Made by a program: the position numbers and the translations under genes. Below the pieces are notes generated by a model, which did no database searches, was not told where the DNA came from, and saw only the letters and a program-made list of their open reading frames with translations. A stretch of DNA of 64,000 nucleotides, from contig JBOHSD010000002.1 in the NCBI GenBank assembly GCA_050733075.1, positions 109,553-173,552 on the forward strand, read 5' to 3'. Shown piece by piece: positions 1 to 9,755 of this stretch. This DNA comes from Gemmatimonadales bacterium. Its GTDB lineage: Bacteria; Gemmatimonadota; Gemmatimonadetes; Gemmatimonadales; GWC2-71-9. Positions within the stretch are counted from its first letter, which is position 1. The number at the start of each line of letters is the position of its first letter.

Positions 1-46
1 TGCGCTCGCCAGCCAAGAGATGGTCGTCTAGATAGCTCATGGATAA

Positions 47-133
47 CGGACAGGGTGGGATTCGAACCCACGAAGCCCTTGCGGGCTTACCGGTTTTCGA
101 GACCGGCTCCTTCAACCACTCGGACACCTGTCC
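47..133 (-). tRNA. tRNA-Ser (anticodon CGA), type II tRNA with long variable arm
   Basis: The reverse complement folds as a cloverleaf. Acceptor GGACAGG/CCTGTCC; D arm TCC-GAGTGGTTGAA-GGA; anticodon stem CCGGT/ACCGG with loop CTCGAAA; variable arm AGCCC-GCAA-GGGCT; T arm GTGGG-TTCGAAT-CCCAC; discriminator G. CCA is not encoded. Confidence 0.9.
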
Positions 134-231
134 AGGCAAGGCTCGGCTGCGTTCGGGCCGGAAGTTTACATGCGTGAAATCAACTTTTCCAGCCGAGCCG
201 GCGGGGGGCCCAGGCTCGACCCGCCGCCGGT

Positions 232-260
232 TTGCACCCCTTCTCTGAGCCAGGTAGGTT
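232..260 (+). promoter_or_regulatory. Possible sigma70-type promoter (TTGCAC-N17-TAGGTT) for the phosphatase gene
   Basis: Hexamers at 232-237 and 255-260 with a 17-nt spacer, in the divergent gap between tRNA-Ser and the + strand CDS. Only about 3/6 matches per hexamer. Confidence 0.25.
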
Positions 261-332
261 GCAGCAGCAGCTCAGCAGAAAGGCCGGCCTTCTGCCTGCC
301 AAGCCCAGTATCCGAACCGAGGTTCGACCCCG

Positions 333-1025
333 CTGCCCACTCGCCTGATTCTCATCCGACACGGACATACCGCCGCTAACGACGAAGGGAACGAAGCCCT
401 GATGTGCGGCTGGACGGATCTCCCGCTTACCCGGCTCGGCCACGCACAGGTCGACCTGCTCCGGCGGCGCCTGAGCAGAGGCGCATCATTCGCTGCCATC
501 TACTCCAGTCCTCTGAGGCGGGCGCGCGAGACGGCCAATGCGCTGAGAGGTCTCGGTCCCTTGCACCTGCGAGCGGAGTTACGAGAGATCTGCTGTGGCG
601 AGCTGGACGGCATGACGCTGGGCCAGGTCCGGGAACGGTTTCCAGAGCTGTGGGAGGCTAACGTCCGCCAGGACGACGAGGACTTTCGCTGGCCAGGAGG
701 TGAGAGCTATCGCGAGTTCCGCCACCGGTGCCTCTCGGCTCTCGGACGCGTCATTGCCGGGCATCCAGCGGCAACAGTCGCCATCGTTACCCACGCAGGG
801 TTCATCAGCCAAATCGTCGGCGCCATGAAGGGGGAGAGCCCCGCGCGCTGGGATAGGCACCGGGCCGGTAACACGTCCGTTACCGAGATCGTCTGGGACC
901 GAGGATCAGGCGTTCTGGTGGGGTTCGACGACGGGGCTCACCTGGCCGACCGGAGAGCTCTGGAACGCAGGCCTGTCCGAGCTACCCGGAGAGGCCTCGG
1001 GAGTAGGCGTCTGCCCGTCGGATAA
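333..1025 (+). CDS. Histidine phosphatase family protein (phosphoglycerate mutase/CobC-like). Start codon non-canonical or unresolved.
   Basis: The frame of ORF 402..1025 extends upstream as LPTRLILIRHGHTAANDEGNEAL-MCGWTDLPLT, which contains the catalytic RHG motif. The later THAG motif is also present. The frame has no ATG, GTG or TTG between the TAG at 255 and the ATG at 402. A CTG at 333 lies 10 nt after GAGG. Confidence 0.7.
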   Translation: MPTRLILIRHGHTAANDEGNEALMCGWTDLPLTRLGHAQVDLLRRRLSRGASFAAIYSSPLRRARETANALRGLGPLHLRAELREICCGELDGMTLGQVRERFPELWEANVRQDDEDFRWPGGESYREFRHRCLSALGRVIAGHPAATVAIVTHAGFISQIVGAMKGESPARWDRHRAGNTSVTEIVWDRGSGVLVGFDDGAHLADRRALERRPVRATRRGLGSRRLPVG

Positions 1026-2025
1026 CCCTGAGCCAATCGCGCGCGGCGTGGGCTGCGCCGGCCCGCCTTGCGGTGGGCACCTGCCCGTCGCCGACAACCC
1101 CGAGATGATGCCGCAGGGCGCCAGCCAGCGCGTTCGAAGCCCCCGCCAGCCAGCATGCCGCCCGGATAGCGTTGCTGGGCTTTCGCTCTTCCCCCCGTGC
1201 CGAGAGATACAGGCCCAGCAGCGTGTCGTGCCGGCGGCGGGCTTCCGGCTCCCAATACCCCAGCGATTGGAGCCAGGAGACCACGTCCTCGAGCGGCGAC
1301 CCGATTCGGGCGCGGCCCCAGTCGAGCAGGGCCGGCTCCTGGCCGCCCCGCCGCCGACGCAGGAGCGCGTTGCCGGGATGCATGTCGCCGTGGACCGCCG
1401 TCCGGCCGAAAGGGGCAAAGTCCAGGAGCTGCCGCCGTACTACCGGCAGGGCCTCGACTATCCGCCGGGCGGCTGGCAGACGGTGCCGCATACCGGAGAG
1501 GAGGGGCTGGCTGCGGCACCGCTCCAGCAGCTCGAGGGTGCTCTCCGCCGAAGCCTGGAGATCGGAATCGTAATCCCAGGTGGTCAGGGCATCGGTGACG
1601 TCGCTGCCCAGCGTGGTGCGGTGCAGGCGAGCCAGGCCATCCAGGACCCTTCCGGCAACGCGAGTCTCCCGCCAGGGCCACCGATTGACCGGGCGGACCG
1701 CCTCCAGGTAGAGCACGGCCTGGTCCGGGGAGGATTGCTCTATACCGAGCAGGCGAGGGGAGAGGTCGCTGACATGCCGTTGGACCAAGTGGCGGTACAC
1801 CGTTGCTTCCCGGACCGCCGTTCCACGGAGCTTCTTGACCACGAGAGACGATACTTGGGAGCGCCCGCGGGCGTCCCGATAGCGTGCCGTGACGTGCAGG
1901 ATGCTGGAGCTCTCGAGTCCGCCGAGGAGAGGGCGCGCCTGGAGGTGAAGGTCCCGTGGCGGGTTCTCCTCACGCCGCGCCAGAAGGGCGCTGATCGCCG
2001 AATACTCCTGAGTCAGCGTCTTCAT
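982..2025 (-). CDS. Aminoglycoside-phosphotransferase-like (APH/choline kinase fold) kinase family protein
   Basis: 347-aa ORF with the HGDMHPGNALL catalytic-loop motif and a downstream LLDWG (DxG-like) motif. Confidence 0.65.
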   Translation of the reverse strand: MKTLTQEYSAISALLARREENPPRDLHLQARPLLGGLESSSILHVTARYRDARGRSQVSSLVVKKLRGTAVREATVYRHLVQRHVSDLSPRLLGIEQSSPDQAVLYLEAVRPVNRWPWRETRVAGRVLDGLARLHRTTLGSDVTDALTTWDYDSDLQASAESTLELLERCRSQPLLSGMRHRLPAARRIVEALPVVRRQLLDFAPFGRTAVHGDMHPGNALLRRRRGGQEPALLDWGRARIGSPLEDVVSWLQSLGYWEPEARRRHDTLLGLYLSARGEERKPSNAIRAACWLAGASNALAGALRHHLGVVGDGQVPTARRAGAAHAARDWLRVIRRADAYSRGLSG

Positions 2026-2082
2026 ATGCGGATGATAATTGCCGGGCGTCGCGGATTCTACGCTGCTGCTACCGGTGACCGG

Positions 2083-2520
2083 CTAGAGGCTCATGCGTCT
2101 GCTCTGGAAGAATCGCTTGAGCAGCTCCCCGCACTCCTCGGCCAGGAGACCGCCCATGACCTCGGGCCGGTGATTGAGCTTGGGATTGCGTAACAGATCG
2201 TACACCGAGCCGGCCATGCCACACCTGGCGTCATAGGCGCCGAACACTACGCGGCCCACCTTGGTGAGCACGATGGCGCCGGCGCACTGAGCGCACGGCT
2301 CCAGCGTAACGTAGAGGGTGGCCATCAGGAGACGGTCTTCACCGGCGTTTTGAAGGGCCCGGTGTAGCACCAGGAGCTCGGCGTGTGCGGTTGGATCCCG
2401 GCGCTGTACTGTTTCGTTGTAAGCCTCGGCCAGTACCTCTCCTTCGGCTACGACGACCGCCCCGACCGGAACTTCCTCCCGAACCGACGCGGCCCGGGCA
2501 AGGCGAAGCGCAGCCTGCAT
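2083..2520 (-). CDS. tadA: tRNA-specific adenosine deaminase
   Basis: HAE...PCAQCAG zinc-binding deaminase motifs. Start trimmed to the internal ATG (MQAALRLARAA...) so the gene does not overlap clpB. Confidence 0.85.
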   Translation of the reverse strand: MQAALRLARAASVREEVPVGAVVVAEGEVLAEAYNETVQRRDPTAHAELLVLHRALQNAGEDRLLMATLYVTLEPCAQCAGAIVLTKVGRVVFGAYDARCGMAGSVYDLLRNPKLNHRPEVMGGLLAEECGELLKRFFQSRRMSL

Positions 2521-2551
2521 TCCCGCAAGGTCACTGGGCGATGGTGTCCCT

Positions 2552-5191
<2,640 letters not shown>

Positions 5192-5354
5192 GTCCTCACA
5201 TGGCCTCGGCCTGCCGTTCCGTACGGTTCAGCGTCGGCTCGTTTTCCGGAACCTCAAAAGGATTCATCAGGATTGGCAAGCCCTGTACCCCGCAACTCTG
5301 CCGATTTGGCAGCATTTTTCAAGGGAGGCTCGCCGTCACCAGGTCAGGACACGC

Positions 5355-5383
5355 AGAGAGGCAGCCGCACTGGCTGCCTCTCT
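5355..5383 (-). terminator. 12-bp perfect stem-loop just downstream of the small CTD-domain gene (possible terminator or RNA stabiliser)
   Basis: AGAGAGGCAGCC (5355-5366) pairs with GGCTGCCTCTCT (5372-5383) around a 5-nt loop. It starts 2 nt after the stop at 5386. No U-tract follows on the minus strand. Confidence 0.35.
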
Positions 5384-5385
5384 GG

Positions 5386-5823
5386 TCACTTCTGGCTGGT
5401 GACTTTCTTTTGCGCGATCATCTTTCTGGTAAATCGCTCGCCGTCAACCGTGAGCTGGTAGTAGTAGACTCCGGGGATAGCCTTCCTCTCGCCATCCATG
5501 TACTGGCCATCCCAGTATGCTCGATACTCGCCGCAACGCAGCCGCAAGCTATCCAGCCGCTCACTCGATCCACTCGCCAGCCTGGGGATCGCGACCACCT
5601 GTACCAGCACGTTGTAGATCTTCAAGCTGACCACCGGCTGATGACCCCTTGCGCACACCTCCCGGGAAATCTCGAAGGGAATGGTCGTCGCCGGAAAAAA
5701 CGGATTGGGGTAGTTCTCCTTCAGCTCGATCCTAGGCGGGCTCACGTTCGCTTGTGCCGCTACCGGAGAGCCGGTCCCTACCAGAAGCCCGAGCCACCAC
5801 CCCGGCCACACAAAGCGGACCAT
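5386..5823 (-). CDS. Small secreted protein made only of a signal peptide plus a FlgD-Ig/T9SS-type C-terminal sorting-like domain
   Basis: N-terminal hydrophobic signal ending AAQA, then LKENYPNPFFPATTIPFEI ... KIYNV ... WDGQ ... GVYYYQL ... RKMIAQK. This follows the NYPNPF..T.I.F / IY..G / WDG / GVY.Y domain pattern. Confidence 0.6.
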   Translation of the reverse strand: MVRFVWPGWWLGLLVGTGSPVAAQANVSPPRIELKENYPNPFFPATTIPFEISREVCARGHQPVVSLKIYNVLVQVVAIPRLASGSSERLDSLRLRCGEYRAYWDGQYMDGERKAIPGVYYYQLTVDGERFTRKMIAQKKVTSQK

Positions 5824-5967
5824 GGGCGCTCCTCTTCAGACGAGATGTTGAAACGGTAGTGGCACCTCCAGAGGTCGGGATACGGGTTCGGACACCTTCA
5901 GTGCTGAAGGTCTAGAGTCTGGAGTCCGGAGTCAAGGTGGGCCCGGTCAGGGCCGCTGCCGGGGACT

Positions 5968-7833
5968 TCAGGGCCTTGGACTGGCGGACTCCACTTTCTC
6001 CCTCAACCTCCTGCCATCTCCTACCCTGACCGTAATCCCCCTGGAATCGGCCCATTCGAGCAACGGAATCAAGTACTTCCGGGTAATGCCGAGGCGGTCA
6101 CGGATCGCCCCGGGAGTGATCTCGCCCTGGCGGCCCAGGTCGTTTACGGTAGCGGTGAATTGATCCAGCGCCTGACGGGTGTAGTACCGGTCGCGTTCTA
6201 CCGCCTCGACCCGGCCGCTGGCGGCGGCCAGGCGTAAGACGGCAAGCACGTCCTGGCCCCCGGTCGAGCGCTCCAGCTCAGCGACCGACGGCGGCTGGAG
6301 ATGGGCCTGGAGCAGAATTCCCACCACCCGGTCGATCTCCGCGTCTCCGCCTGCCACCCGGGGGGCGAAGCCCGCCAGCGCCACTATCCCGTCATACCGG
6401 CGGAGCCGGCCGGCTCGAGTGCAATCACCCAGGGCCGCCTCGACTACAGCGTCTCTGGCCTGAAGCTCGTGTCGCAAGGTTTCGAGGGGCATGCCTCGAT
6501 CGCTGATATGCTGCCGGTGATACTCCCGCAGCAGATCGAGCGCCCTGCCGGCGACATGCTCCACCGAGCCCTGCGTCACCCAGGTGTCGCCGAGGAAGCG
6601 GGCCGACGGCTCGCTCCCGGCCACCCGGCCAGCCTCTGCACCCGGTAGTCCCAGCACGATGGGAAGCGCTGCAGCGGATATCCCGTCGGCGCGCCGAGCC
6701 AACGCGGCACGGAACCGCTCACCCGGGTCGGGGGACGAGAGTCCGGTTGGCCAGACGGCGCGCCGCACGGGAGGCAGGGGATCGAGCACCCGGCCGCCAC
6801 CGATGGTGGTGATCGGGCTGTAGCTCCGGAGCACGAACCGGTCCTCCGCCCTAGCGACGACCGGCTTCTCGAGCGCCAGCCGGGCCACACCTTTCCCGCC
6901 GGGCTCGATCGGCGCTCTCGGCAGCACTCGCGCCATGACTTCCGCCGTGCCGGCATGGAGACGGACGCGTGCGCGAGACTTGAGCGGCCGGCCTGCCCCG
7001 GGCAGCAGTTCGATCTCCACATCGAGCGCCGACACGGCGGTCCAGGGCAGCTCATCGGTTACCAGCACGTCTCCCCTGCCGATGGCGCTCCGCTCGATGC
7101 CGGCGATACCGACGGCGGTGCGCGCCCGCGGCTCACTGCGTTCCACCGCGTGGCCATAGCTTTCGAGCGAGCGCACCCGAGCTACGATGCCCGTCGGGAG
7201 AATGCGCACCTGATCTCCGACCCGCAGGCTCCCGGACCATGCAGTGCCGGTAGTGATCGTCCCGACACCCGGCAGAGAGAACACCCGGTCCACCGGCATC
7301 CGGAAAGCATCGGGCGGAGATCTGCGCGCAAGCCCCATGGCGCGCGCCGCCAGGCGTTCGCGCAAGTTCGGGATTCCAGCCCCGGTTCGCGCCGACACGG
7401 CGACAGGCGAGTCGAACTGGATGGGGGAGGCCGCCGTCCTTTCCGAGAGCTCGAGCATCACCAGTTGCAGCCACTCGCTATCCGCCAGGTCGGCTTTGGT
7501 GATGACCGGTATTCCACAGGGCACTTTCAGTTGTTCCAGGATTGCGAGGTGCTCCGCCGTCTGGGGCATGATGCCCTCGTCGGCCGCCACCACCAGCAGC
7601 ACCAGATCGATGCCGGAGGCGCCCGCCACCATGGTCCGGATGAAATCCTCGTGTCCCGGAACGTCTACTATCCCTGCCATCCGGCCCGGGCCCAGCTCGA
7701 ATGGAGCGAAGTTGAGCTCGATCGTGATCTCGCGTCGTCGCTCTTCAGCCAGCCGGTCCACCGGCCGCCCGGTGAGGGCCGTCACCAGGGTGGACTTCCC
7801 ATGATCGATGTGGCCCGCGGTCCCGATGATCAT
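5968..7833 (-). CDS. selB: Selenocysteine-specific translation elongation factor SelB
   Basis: N-terminal GTPase (GHIDHGKSTL, DVPGHEDF, TKADL). Long C-terminal winged-helix region ending in a LGITRKYLIPLLEWADSRGITVRVGDGRRL-type mRNA-binding motif. Confidence 0.9.
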   Translation of the reverse strand: MIIGTAGHIDHGKSTLVTALTGRPVDRLAEERRREITIELNFAPFELGPGRMAGIVDVPGHEDFIRTMVAGASGIDLVLLVVAADEGIMPQTAEHLAILEQLKVPCGIPVITKADLADSEWLQLVMLELSERTAASPIQFDSPVAVSARTGAGIPNLRERLAARAMGLARRSPPDAFRMPVDRVFSLPGVGTITTGTAWSGSLRVGDQVRILPTGIVARVRSLESYGHAVERSEPRARTAVGIAGIERSAIGRGDVLVTDELPWTAVSALDVEIELLPGAGRPLKSRARVRLHAGTAEVMARVLPRAPIEPGGKGVARLALEKPVVARAEDRFVLRSYSPITTIGGGRVLDPLPPVRRAVWPTGLSSPDPGERFRAALARRADGISAAALPIVLGLPGAEAGRVAGSEPSARFLGDTWVTQGSVEHVAGRALDLLREYHRQHISDRGMPLETLRHELQARDAVVEAALGDCTRAGRLRRYDGIVALAGFAPRVAGGDAEIDRVVGILLQAHLQPPSVAELERSTGGQDVLAVLRLAAASGRVEAVERDRYYTRQALDQFTATVNDLGRQGEITPGAIRDRLGITRKYLIPLLEWADSRGITVRVGDGRRLREKVESASPRP

Positions 7834-8591
7834 GCTCCAACCCAGGGGCGCTGAGTCCAGAACTCGATGGCCGGCAGCTCGACCCCTTCGGCGAGATGAT
7901 ACCTGATGTAGCGGGCGAGCAGCCGTCGGTGCGCGGCTCCATGCTTGGGGTCGAGCTCGGGCAGCTCGGCTTTGGGGTCGAGCAGGGCGCCGAGATCGAG
8001 CCGGGCCTGCTCGGGGAGCTGCGTCGCTCCTGAGTGCCCCGCGCAGGAGGGGCAGAGGGCTCCGCCATCACGGGTGCTGAACGGGAGCGGTCCGGCCACT
8101 GCAAGGGGAGCTCCATCGATCACGCAGGCCTGGAGCGACGGGGCGAAACCGAGCACGCTCACCAGCTGCCAGAGGAGACGATATCCCAGCGCCTCGACCG
8201 CCAGCGCCGGGGCGACCTCCAGCTCGGCCAGGGCGCGCTGCAGCAGATCGAAGCTCTCTGGGTGGGGGTCCGGAGGGGCAACACGGAGCATCACCTCGGC
8301 CAGCGCGCAGGCCACCGCATATCGCTCCAGATCGACCACCAACCCGACATGAAGCCGCTTCAGATCGAAGGCAGCGAGGAGGTGCAGCTCGCGATTTTCC
8401 TTGAGCAGGAGCTGCGCCTCGCCCTCGCTCAGGAGCTGCAGAGCCGCCCCGAAACGGCTCCTGGGGCGCAGGGCGCCCTTGGCGATTGCACTCTGCACTC
8501 CGTGGTGCCGCGTGGCCAGACGGACGATCTTGGAGGTCTCGCTGTATCTGAGTGTCGAGAGAACGATCGCGGGCGTGGAAACCTGAGGCAT
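7830..8591 (-). CDS. recO: DNA repair protein RecO
   Basis: The sequence starting MPQVSTPAIVLSTLRYSETSKIVRL matches the RecO OB-fold N-terminus, and a C-terminal CPSC zinc motif is present. Start trimmed from the 8789 ORF to the ATG at 8591. The stop overlaps the selB ATG (ATGA). Confidence 0.85.
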   Translation of the reverse strand: MPQVSTPAIVLSTLRYSETSKIVRLATRHHGVQSAIAKGALRPRSRFGAALQLLSEGEAQLLLKENRELHLLAAFDLKRLHVGLVVDLERYAVACALAEVMLRVAPPDPHPESFDLLQRALAELEVAPALAVEALGYRLLWQLVSVLGFAPSLQACVIDGAPLAVAGPLPFSTRDGGALCPSCAGHSGATQLPEQARLDLGALLDPKAELPELDPKHGAAHRRLLARYIRYHLAEGVELPAIEFWTQRPWVGA

Positions 8592-8628
8592 GGTGCGGAA
8601 TGTAGCTCCGGTACCGGTCTCCGGCCCG

Positions 8629-9708
8629 CTAAAACTGAGGTTCGTCCGCGATCTCCACCCCCTGGGCCGGTACCCGCGCGAGCAGCGCCTGGGTGGCGCA
8701 CTGCCCGACCGGAACCGTCCGGATCTGGGTATAGTCGGAACGAAGCACGTGCACCACACCCGCTCCGGCGCATCCGGACTCCAGGGCATAGATGCGGCCG
8801 CGGGAATCCACCGCGACCCCGGTGTTGCCCGGGATGATGACGCCGTTTCCCTCTCCCCGTACTACGGTTCGCTCCGCCACATCGAACTCCATCAGCCCCT
8901 CGGTACGCGAACTGATCAGCACCCGGTCGCCGCCATCCCCGCTCAGGTCGCCCGGCCCGAAACCGAACCCACCGAAGCTGGCCAGCTCGCGCTGACCGAC
9001 CGGGTCCACTATGGAAAGCCGACCCTCGTCAACGGCAGGATCGCCCTCCTGGATCACGTAGACCAGACCGTCTCCCCCTATCGTGCTGAACCGCGCGTTG
9101 CCCGGTCCGACCAGCGGAATGAGGCCGATCCGCCCGGCCGCAGGATCGGTGGCAGGATCTATCACACTGATCGAGCTCTCTCCCGCCGGTTTGCCAAGCT
9201 GATCTAGATTGGAGTTCATCACCAGCACCCGGCCACGGGTGAAGGTCACGTGCTGCGGTGTGCTCCCCACCAGAACGCTGGCAGTGTCACCGGTCGCCAG
9301 ATCCACCCTGGTCACGCTGTTCAGCAGCGAGTTGGAGACATAAGCGACCGAGTCGTCAATCAGCGCGGCGCCTGCTACACCCGAGCCGGGCGCGAGGGGG
9401 ATGGTGTTGACCAGTTGCCCCTCGCGAAGATCGACGACTGCGATCGCGTCGCGGCCGCGGAGGGTGACCACCGCCGTTGCCCCCCGGGCAGCCACGCTCA
9501 CGGGCTGCACGTCCGACGCTCCAAGAGGGACGGTGGAGACCTGGGTTGGCGCGGCAACCGGCACCAGGCTCAGCGTGGCGGCAGTGCTATTGAGAACCAC
9601 CACCACCTCTTCCGGCGGGGGAAGCGGTGCCGATGTCTCGGCGCAGGAGCCAGCCGCGGCCACTGTCGTCACCAGGAACAGCCGGATACCCAGTCTTGGC
9701 AAGCTCAT
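8629..9708 (-). CDS. YVTN/YncE-like beta-propeller lipoprotein
   Basis: Signal peptide with a Cys (AAGSC), then repeated blades of the type AYVSNSLLNSVTRVDLATG. Encoded directly downstream of the TonB-dependent receptor. Confidence 0.65.
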   Translation of the reverse strand: MSLPRLGIRLFLVTTVAAAGSCAETSAPLPPPEEVVVVLNSTAATLSLVPVAAPTQVSTVPLGASDVQPVSVAARGATAVVTLRGRDAIAVVDLREGQLVNTIPLAPGSGVAGAALIDDSVAYVSNSLLNSVTRVDLATGDTASVLVGSTPQHVTFTRGRVLVMNSNLDQLGKPAGESSISVIDPATDPAAGRIGLIPLVGPGNARFSTIGGDGLVYVIQEGDPAVDEGRLSIVDPVGQRELASFGGFGFGPGDLSGDGGDRVLISSRTEGLMEFDVAERTVVRGEGNGVIIPGNTGVAVDSRGRIYALESGCAGAGVVHVLRSDYTQIRTVPVGQCATQALLARVPAQGVEIADEPQF

Positions 9709-9755
9709 ACCTTGAAAGATCGAAGCCCTCCGTCCGCCCCGCCAGTCGTCGCCGG

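Noticed and set aside
1-40. Possible 5' end of a minus-strand gene (ATG at 40-38, reading MSYLDDHLLAGER...) running off the left edge.
   Set aside because: Only 13 codons are visible, which is too little to support a call or a product.
134-332. A 200-nt structured gap with three hairpins (139-199, 197-231, 275-295) and a GGTTCGACCCC string. I considered tRNA-Sec (given the nearby selB), tmRNA, SRP RNA and 6S RNA.
   Set aside because: I could not build a cloverleaf with a UCA anticodon, an 8-bp acceptor stem or a paired T-stem on either strand. I saw no tmRNA or SRP conserved cores. The region is the divergent promoter space between tRNA-Ser and the phosphatase gene, which is a sufficient explanation. 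A covariance-model scan would be needed to exclude a small RNA.
982-1025. 44-nt convergent overlap between the 3' ends of the phosphatase gene (+) and the APH-like kinase gene (-).
   Set aside because: Both C-terminal tails are poorly conserved, Arg-rich extensions. The overlap may simply reflect late stop codons in GC-rich DNA. There is no evidence for a functional antisense arrangement.
1048-2193. Long ORFs antisense to, or out of frame with, confident genes. Examples are 1048..2193, 16284..17723, 19817..21205, 53015..54916 and 57358..58764.
   Set aside because: Their products are Arg/Pro/Gly/Ala-rich with no recognisable motifs. They lie opposite genes with unambiguous conserved domains. 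Long spurious ORFs are expected in stop-codon-poor, high-GC DNA.
5318-5325. CCCTTGAA on the coding strand upstream of clpB, identical to the extended -35 of sigma-32 heat-shock promoters as I recall the consensus.
   Set aside because: No CCCCAT-like -10 occurs at the expected 13-17-nt spacing (the sequence there is GGCAGAGT). Sigma-32 is mainly a proteobacterial factor. No CIRCE or HAIR operator is visible either. This may be chance.
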